A stretch of 62,892 bases of DNA, counting the filler, from Parasitella parasitica NRRL 2501 (taxonomy: Eukaryota > Fungi > Mucoromycota): the NCBI GenBank assembly GCA_025201805.1. It is 13 parts of 12 records of this genome, joined end to end, with 100 filler letters (N's around TTAATTAATTAA, not from the genome) between each part and the next. Parts side by side here need not be neighbours in the genome. Positions count along the whole stretch, not along the records: positions 8,282 to 37,793 come from MU619355.1; 12 more parts are not named here. One strand, given 5' to 3'. The notes beneath the pieces are model-generated. The model had not been told where the DNA came from, made no database searches, and saw only the letters and a program-made list of their open reading frames with translations. The position numbers and the translations under genes were made by a program. Of the stretch, positions 12,376 through 25,548 are shown piece after piece. The first letter of the stretch is position 1. Each line of letters begins with the position of its first letter.

Positions 12376-14138
12376 ATGGAAAAATCCGCAGCTGACAGAA
12401 AGAACACCTTTAAAAACAAGGATGCTTTTGGCACCGATCAGGTCAGAAACCGTCGACAAAAACATACTGTCGAAATCAGAAAGCAAAAGCGTGAGGAAAA
12501 TTTGTCGAAGCGTCGTAATATGAATATCCCAAGCGCGTCCATGTCTGACAGTGAGGACGATATCGAGGTCGAAGATGACGTTAATGTAAGTTGGTTGGTT
12601 ATAAAACAAGTAAACAGTATGTCAACTTATACCTTACGTGGTATATATAGCTCCATGCCAACTTGGTCGCTTTGATTGGAGATGTAAATTCAGACAATAT
12701 CGAGAGGCAATACGACGCTACTACCAAGTTTCGTAAATTGCTCTCCAAGGAGAAAAACCCACCCATCAAGGATGTTATCAGTACGGGCGTTGTTCCTAAA
12801 TTTGTCGAGTTCTTGAGATCCACGCACCCTTTATTACAGGTAAGTTTATTTTCTGGGTATGGTCACAGCGAAGATCTGAATGGCTCTGCATAGTTTGAAG
12901 CTGCATGGGCTTTGACCAACATTGCCTCTGGTTCTTCTGATCAAACTGAAGTTGTCATTACGTCTGGTGCAGTGCCTATCTTCATCGAGTTATTGGGAAG
13001 CAACGTGTCCGATGTGAAGGAACAAGTACGTGTTTATAAGGGATAAGCAAATCAGTTGATTTAACTTTTCTTTCTGTAGGCAGTTTGGGCTTTAGGCAAC
13101 ATTGCTGGTGATAGTGCTCTTTGCCGTGACTACGTCTTAGACCAAGGTGCTCTGAACCCGCTACTGACCATTTTGAACGAGCAAAACAAATTGAGCATGT
13201 TGCGTAATGCTACTTGGACACTCTCCAACTTGTGTCGAGGCAAGAACCCTCAGCCTGCATGGAAAGAAGTCGTCCCTGCTTTGCCTGTCTTGGCCAAGTT
13301 GATTTATTCCACTGATGAAGAGGTTTTGATCGATGCCTGTTGGGCCATTTCCTACTTGTCTGATGGTTTTAATGATAAGATTCAAGCTGTTATTGAATCT
13401 GGTGTCTGTCGCCGTCTTGTAGAATTGCTTATGCATCCTAGTGCCAGTGTTCAAACACCTGCTCTTCGCTCTGTTGGCAACATCGTAACAGGCGATGACT
13501 TGCAAACTCAAGTTATTATTAACTGTGGTGTTTTACCCGCTTTGTCTGCTCTTTTGAGCAGCCCCAAGGAAACCATTCGTAAGGAAGCTTGCTGGACTGT
13601 CTCCAACATCACTGCCGGTAATACGACTCAAATTGATGCTGTTATCGAGAGTAACATCATTCCCGCCCTGGTCCACATCCTGTCCACTGCTGAATTCAAG
13701 ACTCGCAAAGAAGCTTGCTGGGCAATTGTTAACGCCACTAGCGGCGGCCTCAACAAACCTGCTCAAATCACTTATATGGTTCAACAGGGCATTATCAAGC
13801 CTTTGTGTGAGATGTTGACGGTTATAGACAATAAGATTGTGCAAGTTGCATTAGATGGTTTAGAAAATATTTTGAAAGTTGGAGAACAAGATCGCCCCAA
13901 TGACCCTGAGGGCCTCAATAGATATTCGCGTGTCATTGAAGATTGCGGCGGAATGGAGCTTATCCATCAATTGCAATCACATGATAATGGAGATATATAC
14001 AAGAAGGCCTATCATATTATTGATCGCTACTATAACGATGAAGATAACGGAGACATGACCGATGAAGGACAAGGACAAGCTCAGCATGAATTTAGTTTCC
14101 AACCAAATGTAGAAGGCGGATTTAATTTTGGTTCTTGA
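12376..14138 (+). CDS. SRP1: Importin subunit alpha (karyopherin alpha), 4 exons
   Basis: IBB domain ([24 protein letters not shown]) and ARM repeats ([39 protein letters not shown]), ending GGFNF. Confidence 0.96.
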
Positions 14139-14899
14139 AAAAAATGTTACAATGTACACTTTCATAATTATCTTTCTTACAGCACACACATACACGATCT
14201 CTGTCCTAAGTTTTAATCCTTTTTTTTTTTTTTTTTTTCTATTCCGTTTTCCCCTTTCCACAGCAATTCTTTTAGAATTGTGCTTGTCTTTGCCGCTCTC
14301 GGAAGCAATCACCCACCAATGCACCACCTTCTCCCACCCCCCCCCCCCCCCCTTTTTTTTCCCTATACACATTCAATCAGATTCACATTTTATCACCCAC
14401 AAATAAAGAGACTATATATATATAACTTTATTTCTTCGATTTAAAGATTTTTTTATAGAAATTATCTATAAACTTAAAGCAAGCTTTCACTAGTAGCATA
14501 TCTTTGCTTTGCTGCTTCTTTTGTAATTTGGATTTTGCTTTTTCAGTCACTGTGTGCCAGATGGTGAATCTCTATTTTGAAAATTTAATCAAGACTGTAA
14601 GATCAGTGATCTCACATTCATACGTACTTTTGACTCTATCCCATTTGGAAGAATTTGATTTTGATTCATTTTTATGGTAAAGAAAGTGTGAAAAGTATCC
14701 GATTTACTAGTTTGTGGCTCTTTATACCGGGAAATATTGGTAGACGATTGATTTTCGTGTGAATAGAGGTTTTTGGACTGACAGGTTCGGTTTTATGTGA
14801 AATGAATAAATTTCTTCGACCCATACAGTTTGAACTTTCTTTATTATTACCACTACTTTCTCTGCTGCTTCATCTCCTAATACTACTTTTACTATAACT

Positions 14900-16500
14900 T
14901 CCGCTCTGTTTTCGTAGCAACCATTGTAGAAAATAGAATTGTTTTTGGGGCCAAAGTCCATACATGCATAGATGATTGACATCTTTCAAATAAAAATAGA
15001 TTACGTTAACTATATTTCAGATGAAAACTTCAGTAATTTTATGACTAAGAGAATGGAAATTGATGAGGTTGCTATTAAGTTCGGCGACATTGAGATGCTA
15101 AATACTTCGTTAAGATATCTCTCATGCGATTACTCAACTCGTTTTCCGAATCAAAGATGTAAATTAATAGCCTGACGGGATAAATTGGGTTGACCTTCTT
15201 CTCTGCATGTATACGATTGTAGAATCTCGTTGTTTGTGTATAGGGCTATATAAATAAATAGAGTTGTACATGTCTTGGTATCGACAAATACCTTATTTCT
15301 ATGACCTTTTTGCTTTCAAGTTTGATTTCATTGCAACTAATGCGTTCTCTTTTCTTTAGATTGATTTTTATAGAAAAAAAAGTAACTTGAACTGGGAGAA
15401 AATCACAATGCCAGTACACGATAAAAGTTTGGTGTTGTGTATGATACTCTGGAATTTGCTGCAAATCTGCGACCACTGCAACACACAACCGTGAGTCATC
15501 ATCGAACAGAGGCACTACTTCTCTCAGTAACACAAGTTCATTCAGATAACAGTACATCCACTTTTTCAACGTACAGCACAAAATAAGTTAAATTGACACT
15601 GATTGATAAAGAAAACATAAGAGGAATGTATCAAAAACTCGATCTAGATAAAATGTGGAAGCTATCAACTTATTGTTGTAGAGGAAAATTGAAAGAGTTC
15701 GCTTTATCCAGTTGTTATAGTACCCAGAAATATTTAGCATTCACATTTACTAAAGAGGAGATTGAAGAAATAACAACATACAAACCAAAGAAGCTTGATG
15801 AATTAATAAACGGGCTGAACGCTTATATTGGGAATCTCAAAAAGGTACGAGACATAAGCGCACTAAAGAAAGCTTATTGGAAGATACGACTTGTTCTGCT
15901 TGTGAATGGTTCAGGTATAATGGATACACTTTCATACAAAAAAAAAAAAGGTTCAGGTATAATGTATTGGATTATTTCAAGTTTTTCAAGTAGGGCCAAT
16001 TACCATGACATAATGAGAAAAATTTGGTTCTTTATCGATACGGCTTAAACGTTATCTTGCTCAGGATACATGTATATCTTCCTTAGTTTCGAAGCGAAAA
16101 TAAGCTTCTACTGACAGGAGCGATCTCGCGAAGGCGAAGATAATTGTACTCCCAAAAAATATCAGTTGCATTACTCTACGAGTAGATGTTGACAGAGAGA
16201 AAAGGGGATGTTGTGGATTATACAAAAAATAAATATCTTTGAGACAAAAAGCATGGTTTGAGAGGTTTTCTTGAAACCGGTTTTCTTATATATGGCCACA
16301 AGCTTCTGCGTTTTGAGAAATATCTTCAACAAAGTACTCATTTCCCCTGAGCATCTCAATGTCGCCCGACTCAACAGCAACCTCATCAACTTCCATTCTC
16401 TCAGCCATAAATTAGTTTTCGTCTGGAATATAGTTAGCGAAATCCATTTTTATTCGAAAGGATGTCTAATCTGAAAGAAAGTAAATCATCTCAAGAGCTT
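14900..16500 (+). pseudogene. Degenerate member of a probable Mucorales multicopy gene family
   Basis: Broken ORFs, e.g. 15593-16048 (DKMWKLST...FTKEEIEEI), with stops and frameshifts. Family assignment is from recall only and boundaries are approximate. Confidence 0.35.
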
Positions 16501-16625
16501 AGTTCTCAAAAAATTTCTATTGGTCTAAAAAAAATTATAAATCTTCGCAAATGCAATCAAGAATATGTAATTTAGGCTTAAAAAGTCAAACGGCTCTTCT
16601 TTTCATCTCATAAATTTACACCATC

Positions 16626-17115
16626 ATGTCATTTTCAAGAAACTTATCAGTCTATCGTGGCTTGCTAAGAGAAGTTAACGTTCAGGTTTGAGTGAAAAAA
16701 AAAAAGTAAAGGAGACAGCGATACAGAAAGCTGATATCTGTATGTGACCCTTGTAATAGTACACAAAGGGTGCCAAAAATCCAACTTTTGCACAAGAATT
16801 AAAGTCTATTTATCGTAAAAATCAAGACATCAAAGATCCTTCTAAGATTCAAACGCTAAACAGCAATGCTGAAGACGTACTGACATTTCTAACCAGCTCC
16901 AGAAAGCATAAAGTAAGTTCTTCGCAAATGAAATCAAAGTATGCTTATTTACAGGAAAAAACAAGGAACTTCGAGCATTGTATTCGGCTATTGTGATGGA
17001 ACAGAAGAAAAAGATTGAGCTTTCAGCTAATCGCGTTGGTCTGAACTTGCCAAAGCAATACGACCCTGAAAACCCTAAGCCTCTTACAGGCAGCAAAGAC
17101 GATGAAAAGAACTGA
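16626..17115 (+). CDS. FMC1: Mitochondrial ATP synthase assembly factor FMC1 (LYR-like); exons 16626-16685, 16760-16912, 16966-17115
   Basis: Not in the ORF track. Spliced translation gives MSFSRNLSVYRGLLREVNVQ...VLTFLTSSRKHKELRALY...IELSANRVGLNLP, matching the FMC1 YR.LLRE and A.RVGL.LP pattern. Confidence 0.8.
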
Positions 17116-17199
17116 CATGGATACTGTGAAATGACAAAAAATTTCAAGTTATTGAAAAATTCATAGAGAATAAATGATAATGAATTAAAGACACATGAT

Positions 17200-18045
17200 A
17201 TAATCGAGCTTTCTACCGCAAATGTACAAAGAGTGAAAACTTAATTACCTTTTAGTTACTGACGATCCAATTAATGTCTCTGCAGACGGTGGCGTTCTTC
17301 CTTTTGAGCGAACCATCTGGTTTGGTACGAGCACCCATAACATTTTTACTGAGCTCCTTATGTACATTTTGACGACCGATGTAGTTGAGGAACTTTACCG
17401 TTGAAATTTAAGATCATAAAACGAGAGAATTCTTTTCAATTGACCAAGTACATCCACAGTATACTGATTGATCTTATTCTTGTAGACTGTTTTTGGTGAT
17501 ATTTCTGATTCAAGAAACATCAATTCCCTAATCCTTCTGGTATTTTTTTTTTTTTTTNNNNNNNNNNATGGTAGTACCTGATGACGAGTATTAAATGACA
17601 CCTCCGAACTAGAGTATAAAGCTCTGTCCCTAATCATCAACAGCCACAAAGACCTCTTTTTCACCAGGGTCGACTCCCCATTTTTACAGCGATTCCCATT
17701 CCTTTGGTCCAAAGTCTTGTAAAGAGAATCAGTCGAGACGATCTTAAAAAACTGCAAACGAGGTTGCAAAGCCATTAGTCATAAAGCTGTTTTGGAATAC
17801 CTAGCGCCTGTAATGATAAAACTAGAACGTCAGTTCCAAATCAATATACAGGTAGGTAAATCATGTGCATACTGGAAAAATCAAAGATATCGAAATTGGG
17901 AGGATTTCCATTGGGTGGAATAGGCGCGGACTGGGTTGTTCCAAGTCTAGCAAGTTTTGATCAATGCGAATGTACGTTCGAGTGTATCCTGAACAAGGAA
18001 AAATTGTTGAATAATTGAATGAATCATCCTTTTTTATACACACGT
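17200..18045 (-). pseudogene. Decayed Fanzor (eukaryotic TnpB-like RuvC nuclease)
   Basis: Minus-strand reading across stops and frameshifts gives IFPCSGYTRTYIRID...FQNSFMTNGF...LQDF...WGVDPGEKEVFVAVD (RuvC-I, 17663-17680)...ILSFYDLKFQR/KFLNYIGRQ...TVCRDIN (RuvC-III-like). Confidence 0.75.
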
Positions 18046-18259
18046 AGATCTACGTTTGTAGTCAAAGAGTATTTAAAATTTGATTATCAAGAAGTGAATA
18101 GCATAAAGTGTGTTTAAACTTTCATTAAAATTAATGTTATATCCAATGTTCGTAATTTGACAAAATCTGAAATCAAGGTTCCTGTTGTGTTTACTTTTAT
18201 TTCTGAAACGTTTTTCTCATGCTTTGAAAAAACAGCAAATAAAAAATTAGATAATCCCT

Positions 18260-20951
18260 TTATTGACTGTTGATAGTGTTTGATTTATTTTCTTCTTGCT
18301 GTGAATGGTGTTGGTAGATTTCTCGAATCAAGAAACCGGCAACATCGACATCCTGCCAATACGACATGTGTACACTCAATGCACTTAGATATGCATTTTC
18401 CAACAGCCCTTCCTGTAGATAAAAATCCACTCTTCCAGTGCAGTTTAAAAGCTTGAGTTTAGAGGCACTTTTAGCGTTGGCTCGAGTGGTCATGATGTCT
18501 GGATCTGTTTGAGATTGCCACTCCTGCAGCTCAGAGCCTGCGTATTCCAATGGTTTCGAAAATCCCAAACCACGCATCAATAAGCTACTAGTGAACCCTG
18601 TCTTGATAGATTCAAACATGGCACCAGCTCGATTAGCAAGGTCACTGCCAGCATTAAAGCCAGCATCAAGCATGCTTTTGAGGCCGCCTTTGATATACGG
18701 AATAGGGACAGGCTTCAATTTAGCACCATAATGTCGAACTACCAAAGGCTCCAATCGATATGCCACAGGGTCAGATTTGTGGAAAATGTTGTATATATTG
18801 TCAGCGGCGGGATATACAAAGGATACGGGGTTGTCATTGTTTTGTTTTGGTGGTGGTTCAGTCAATGCTTTACGAGAAACCATTTTATTCCCTCGTAAAA
18901 GCATGATCATACCTAACGGAGAACCCAATGCAAAGTAGTTTTTTACTGGAAAATTCAAAGTGGCCAGGCGTTTTTCATTGTAGGCAGATGTGTCTTGCAT
19001 ACTGGACTTCTGTATGTTTGAAAATGGCTGTACACTTAGAATGTCAAACCCTAACAAAGACTAGCATGTTTGGGCCGTTAGTACGAAAGCAACGGGCATT
19101 GCAAAACCTATACCTACACCTAAGGAATGAGCTATAATGGTTACCTGACCATTGTTTCTTAAGAAGTACGGGTTTCTTTCAACGAATAACTTGTAGACAC
19201 GATTGATCTCTTTGGTAACTACGTGTATCATTAAATCATGATATTTGCTGGTCATGTACAAAGGAACTATGCATATTTAAGTAAAGTATAAAATGTGATT
19301 ACTTTACGCAGTAACTTACTATCAAGGAACACATCCGACACTAATGTTCTGATATTGGGAGCGCCTTCTAACGTAATTTCATCTAAAGTAGGGCAACCAT
19401 CATCTTCTTCTGAAATGCCAATATCTGATTCTAATTTTACTTGATCATCTGTGTCGTCTGTCCCGAATAAAATTCCTTTCCTCCAAAGAATTGGCAATAC
19501 TTGGATTCCATTAGGACGGTCTAGGGGTCCTGTTCCTGACACTGCAATTGGCCAAGTTGATTTTATGGTTTTACGCAAAACATTGACATCTAACGCAAAT
19601 TAGTACATGCACGGATTATCCATAGGCATATACTACGTACCATGCACAAAATTTTGGCCCATACGCTCAGACATTTGCTGCCCAATACTACGTAGTAACA
19701 ACAATTTTGTTCAATATCAACTATGCAAATACAAATATTATGTTTCTTACCCATGGATGACAAAGACTATCTGGTCAATATTTCGCACATCTTCTTCGCT
19801 ATCTTCATTCTCATAGTCCTCGGCACGCTGCTGTATCATCTCTTTTTCCTCTAATTCTTTCTTTTTTTGAGGTGAAATATTTCTCGACAAGTCTCCTGAA
19901 TCATTTGAAAGTCGAGGCTTGTCCTCGTCTACGCCCAAGTGTAACGTTTTATTCGTTTTATTCGCATCTTCTTCTACTGATTTGACCTTTTTCACTTCTC
20001 GCTCTTTCTTTGCGGTTTCATTTTCTACCTCGTTATGCCCACGAAGCAACTTGATGCCACCCAGATTTTGGTTATTTGTTAGTTTTTCTAAAAAGCTTTT
20101 TGCAATTTTTGCTGGAGCCGTATCACTTAGGATTCATTAATATACATGTGTGTGGTTGTGATGATGATGATTTTGTTTTTTGACTTACTATAATAACCAG
20201 GCTTGCGTTGGGCTAGAATACACAACATATTGTCCCAAGTAAGGTCCAAGGAGATACTCTTTTTGCCCTTCGTCCACTTTTATTTCAGCAGCTTGCTTTT
20301 TTGGTGCTTCCTTGGCTTTTTCTACTTGGCCTATATCCCTTTCCTTATCGCCCATGGTCGCTGCTGTCTCTTCAGGTTCTGATTTGATTGGTTCGTGTTT
20401 ACTGTTACCATACAGTAAGTAATTTTTCGGCTGTCCCTTGCCTACAAAGATCACTTACCGATAACCTTCTTCAACTTGTTTTGCCATATTCTCTTCACAT
20501 GGTAACCACTTTGAATCTGCTTGCATAAACCATGTGGCTCGACGTACTTCGAATATAGGGCCTTCCCAATAGACTGGGCTAATTTCTCTTTTGTGGATAT
20601 CAACCTGAAATAAATGATCTTCATTTACGGATACTACTTTTGTGCCATTTTCGAATGCTATTTCTAGTTCTGTGTTGTCACGTTTGGAAAAGGGAACCCA
20701 ATTTTTTGGATTATTGTTGGAAGAAGTTGAGTCAGGAGATATGCTGGAGTTTTTAAGGCTGGTGAATGTCTTGTTTCTTTTCGCTTTTCGTATGGCAATA
20801 GGATCCACAATAGGCTTGTCGATAGCGTGAAACCTACCAAGATAAATAAAAGTCTAAACCACCGAGTCTACTTTCGAATTGTTAACGGTGATTTTTACCA
20901 ATGAGCCACCAGTATTGGTGTTTGGAAGGTTTTGTCCTTTGACTCTGTCAT
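18260..20951 (-). CDS. DDHD-domain phospholipase A1 (DDL1/PA-PLA1 family), multi-exon
   Basis: PVYWEGPIFEVRRATWF, VFVIHGIGQ, lipase AHSLG, FALGSPLG, and the DDHD motif NIFHKSDPVAYRLEP...HMSYW. Confidence 0.93.
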
Positions 20952-21494
20952 TTATAATGAGCAAAAGAAGAATGCTTCTATGGGATATGATGCCATATTT
21001 GAAAATCATGCCTGAGGGAGTTCAAATAAACATCACCTGAAAATTGATTTTCACTTTTTTTGTCGTGTTAGGATCACCACTTTTTATTTTTCGATTAAGC
21101 CTAAGCAGACTACCGCGATCCGAACTTGATACAATTTGCTGTCCATGACTTTTTGAGCTGATCCGACTGAACTCATGGTGGGGGGGGGGAGCTGTGGGTA
21201 TCTGCTTCATTATCTACGCAAAAAAAAACTGAGGGTTCTTTTGCTCATTTGACATTTCATGATTAGGCTTTGAAACTGCATGAATTGGGTTGCATTAATG
21301 TTTTTAATGATTTTTTGCTTTGGAGATTAAAAATTAGACATTGTTGAGAAAAGAGTGCTACGAGATAGTTGGTTTGACGATTATATATGACAATAGATTT
21401 GGAAAACAAAAAAAAGGGTAATATAAATAGGTAGAGTTTCTTTTTTTCTGTTTAGATTTTCTCTTTGCTGAAATTAGATTTATAAAAGGAAAAG

Positions 21495-22221
21495 CTAACT
21501 GAATCCACTGCTAAAGTTACTTTGAGCTGGAGGAGCTGGAGGAGCTGGAGGAGTAGGATTTGCCCAATTTTGCTTCTGTTCGGATTGGCTAATTGCTGCA
21601 GGCTTTGATTCCGCTTCGATAGTATCGGGAGATGATTGTCCAGGCAGTTTACCAGTTCTTTCCAGTTCTTCTACTTCCTTAGCAGCTACATTTATGATGA
21701 ATTTATGATCCAATGCATAGAACAAAGAAATAAAACTTACTCAAGAAACGGCCGCCTGGACCACGAGGTCTGCGCATGGCATGCTTGTGTCTGCTTTCAT
21801 GGAGATACGGCTTTCTTGCTCTACTCAATTTGTTCAATTCCTCCAACTTTGCACGAGCAGCTCTACGTTTTAAAATTCGATGATATTGCTTTGGATTGAC
21901 GTATAACGGCTCTTCTGAAGTCTGAACAGCAGCCTGTGTTGGGGGCGCTGTAGCTGCTGCTGCATCCATGGGTCTAAAGCCTAGATTTTGGGGTGAAGGA
22001 GGAGAATGACCTATAGATTGCTATTTTACATGTTATTAAGCCTCTGGGGAAATTACCAAAAATGATAATGTTACCATAGCATAAGGCGGCTGTGCTGCTA
22101 CTTGGGAAGGGTACATATGCTGTCTTGGATCATGAGCTGAATGCATATCAATGCTGGGCGGGTAACCTCCGTTGTACACTTCATGTGGAGGGTATTGGTG
22201 TGGTTGGTGTGAATCTGTCAT
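21495..22221 (-). CDS. HAP2: CCAAT-binding factor subunit NF-YA (Hap2/HapB), 3 exons
   Basis: [21 protein letters not shown]...[25 protein letters not shown]. Confidence 0.95.
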
Positions 22222-24241
22222 ATTACTGTTTTAGATTGGCGTTACTCAAAAGAAAGGATAAAAAGGATTGGTCAAAATATGAAAGCTTTTTATACACAAT
22301 GGAAGGAAGAATCAAATAAAGATGACGTCTTGGCCAGCTTTTGTGGAGATTTGTCTCATATAGAAACTATGAATCATGTCAGCTTATTGTCTTTATTCTA
22401 CGCCCATCATATCATAGGATGTGCATCAGAAATACATTATATTGTAGGAGAAATCCACCGAAACAAGACATCCCTAATGTCAACCCCATGTATTCTCAGG
22501 CTGTGTAATAAGTCTTTACCGTTTATAAATCAACCGTTCAATTGTGTGATTAACCGACCGTTAAGATTGAGCTTAGACCTACCATCATTATAGCTCTATG
22601 GTTGGCGTCCAACGTATGATGGTCTTTACAAAGATGACTAGCGTCAGATTTGATGATAAATCCCACAGAAAGATTCATGTCATGAACAAATACATTGTCC
22701 CATTCAACAATTTGAGTCTAGATATGCTTAGAAATACTGCCGCTAGATTCTGCTTCTTCGTCAAGCTTCTTTTTCATTTTGGCTACTTGATTCTCTGCTT
22801 CATATTTTCTTTTTTGAAAAGCAGCCACTTCCACTGTGGTAACAATGAAAATAATATATATCCCCTTCTTCTTCATGTCTTTCTACCTGCAATGAAAAAA
22901 AACTCTTTTTTTTTTTTTGGGAAGGAAAGATCAGGATCTTTTGTAAGAGGTATCGCTGTAGGATACAGCATTTTGAGGACAGAGAGGCAATAGATGATTT
23001 ATATCCATTTAGGGTATGAGGTGAAAAATGATAAAAAAGCACACATTATTTATGGATATCAGGATAGCTGCAAGTAAAGAGCACGAAATTTGCCGTTCTT
23101 TAATTCTGATAATTTAGTAGTTCTAATTTGTCACTTGGTCAGATCCTCAAAGTTCTCGTTTGAATATTTGCTGCTACCTTCAAAATCTACACTAAAACCT
23201 ATTTCGCTTCGGATCACACAATTGCAAAGCGTAACTACTTGAATGTTATCCAAATAAAGCATGACTCAAAGAGCATTTACCACATTTTGACCTCCACTTC
23301 GGCAACATCTTGATTTATTAGGTGGATATCTCAAGACAAAATCTTTGTTTAACAGGACCGTAATGGCTTCGTAATGTTCCCACTTCTTTACCTTGAAATA
23401 AACATTGGCTACTTTCTTTATCTAAAAATAGAGATGATAAAGCTTTTGATGAGCATGGAAATGAAACTTATGTGTGGGGTACAGACAGCGAACAATACCC
23501 ATTAGAGCAGCTAACTAGCTACCATCAGTAGCTGGCTCTAAAAATCGCCTAAAATGAAGATTGCAGAGCTACACATTGAATGTAATTGTTAGAAACGAGT
23601 AATTCAAAGGGCTCGCATTCATACACATGTTGATATTCTCTAAATACATTGAACAAAGATGTTTACCTTCCGGAGTTGAATTCAAACGAATAATTTTGGT
23701 CAGTGTGCAAAAGTTAATTGTGATATACACGGGTTTTGCAGATATATCTGAAATTTGTAAAATGATCAAAAAGTTGGTTGTAAACATTCAGAGCCGAAAG
23801 TTTACTTCTCATCTATGAGAAACCATTCTTCAAATTACTACTAATAGCTTATATCACGTTTTCCAAGACATGCTCCCACCAAAATAGCGCAGAAAAGACT
23901 AGAACATTACATATTTTGACTTGCAAAGGATTCAATTTCCCAGAAAATTAGCATTTGGCAGAGCCACTAACAAGGCCCAAGGCCAAAAACCTCAGCTCTG
24001 TAGGTGTGTATTTGCCGCTCCATGTTTTGGCCACGGTCAACTATTTTAGCTTTGTCCCGTGTTCGAAATCCCAGATCAGTGAAGTTAATGATTTCTCCCG
24101 AAATCTGTGAATTAGAAGATCAAGTTGGCAAATTCACCAACAATATTGTCTTTCGAGAAATTCTTCAACAACCCTAGTATTCGAAACAGTTGCTTGGCAT
24201 GTAGAATGAGATATCCCGCTGCAGGCACGAGTTGTGCACCT

Positions 24242-24275
24242 TCTCCTCCTCCTCCTCCTCCTCCTCCTCCTCCCC
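24242..24275. repeat. (CCT)n microsatellite
   Basis: About 10 CCT units seen directly. Confidence 0.9.
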
Positions 24276-24384
24276 CCTTCCCTTGGAGCGAAGGTCGAAA
24301 AATCATCGTGGAGACAGTTCGTTTCTGTTTTGAAGTATTGATGTACGTAAATGACCGCACGAATTTATTTTCTTAAACTATACG

Positions 24385-24437
<53 letters not shown>

Positions 24438-24744
24438 TGTAAAGTTTTTCTTTATTGACTATACAAACTTTATTGAAGTTTTTTTCCTCAACAGGTGTGC
24501 GAAAAAGTTTCTGAAAAAGGTATAAATAACATTGAATTGAGGTTATTTTGCCTTTGGCATCGGTGCTGCAACAGAAACTAGGAACATTTACTATTAATAA
24601 ACGGTCGAAATCCACTAGCTTCCTCTTTCTCTCTCTCTCTCTTTCTATCATTGAACAGCACTGCCATAATATCAAGCACTAATATTTTTCCCTGCAGCTA
24701 ATTTATGAATCAAACCGTTATTAACAAAGACAACGCTAAATCTA

Positions 24745-25548
24745 ATGACTCTGGTTGCAATTTACTACAGCCCAGCTTCAACCAGCTCTACTCTTACTAG
24801 CTCCAAGATCAAGACACTGACCACTCATTCAAATTTTGCTAATAAATGGAAAAGGGGAATTGCACTGCTATCTTCCAAATATAATCACAAAAGAAAAATC
24901 CAGTGTTCTCCTACAACAGCTGCGGCCGCTACCGAGAAAATTCTCTGCCATATAAACAGCAACAATCATGACAGTAATATCAAATGCGAAGATCTCACAG
25001 CAAAGGAATTTGCAAAGATGGCAGGAATTAAAATAAAGTCAGATGAAGATGCCGATTACGTCGAACTGGATGATGAAATCACAGAGTATATATCAGTAAC
25101 GACTGCACCAGCACATCAGCAACAACATTACCTAGCAGCCTCTATTATTGATGAACCTATGACGACTCAAATGACATCTGTTTCTACAGGTACAGCACTC
25201 TCTAGTAAAAGTTGCCACCAAATTTGGGATTCAGATTTTTGGCAGTGTAACATGGATAACAACAAGAAAACCAAAACAAATACGACACCGAGCACCACGA
25301 AAACAACGAATACTGACAATAACAACGATACCCTGTTTTTATCAAAGCTTCGCTCCTCCTCTTCAACTATGGATAGCGATAGTTTGACGGTACCTGGCGT
25401 GATTCAGAAGGGTAGGTTTAAAATTGTTGTGGGACAAGATGATTGCTCTGAGCCTGTTACCCAGCACCATCATGTCGTACTTGAATGGAAGCGCAAAAGA
25501 TCTGACTCTTCCACCAATTCAACAACCAAAAAGAAACAGCCCATGTAA
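24745..25548 (+). CDS. Hypothetical low-complexity protein, 267 aa
   Basis: Intact single ORF, S/T/N-rich, with motifs LTAKEFAKMAGIKI and QKGRFKIV. No domain recognised. Confidence 0.7.
   Translation: MTLVAIYYSPASTSSTLTSSKIKTLTTHSNFANKWKRGIALLSSKYNHKRKIQCSPTTAAAATEKILCHINSNNHDSNIKCEDLTAKEFAKMAGIKIKSDEDADYVELDDEITEYISVTTAPAHQQQHYLAASIIDEPMTTQMTSVSTGTALSSKSCHQIWDSDFWQCNMDNNKKTKTNTTPSTTKTTNTDNNNDTLFLSKLRSSSSTMDSDSLTVPGVIQKGRFKIVVGQDDCSEPVTQHHHVVLEWKRKRSDSSTNSTTKKKQPM

Noticed and set aside
22279-24675. Several 60-130 aa ORFs upstream of HAP2
   Set aside because: Low-complexity or random composition driven by homopolymers and microsatellites; probably UTR or regulatory DNA.
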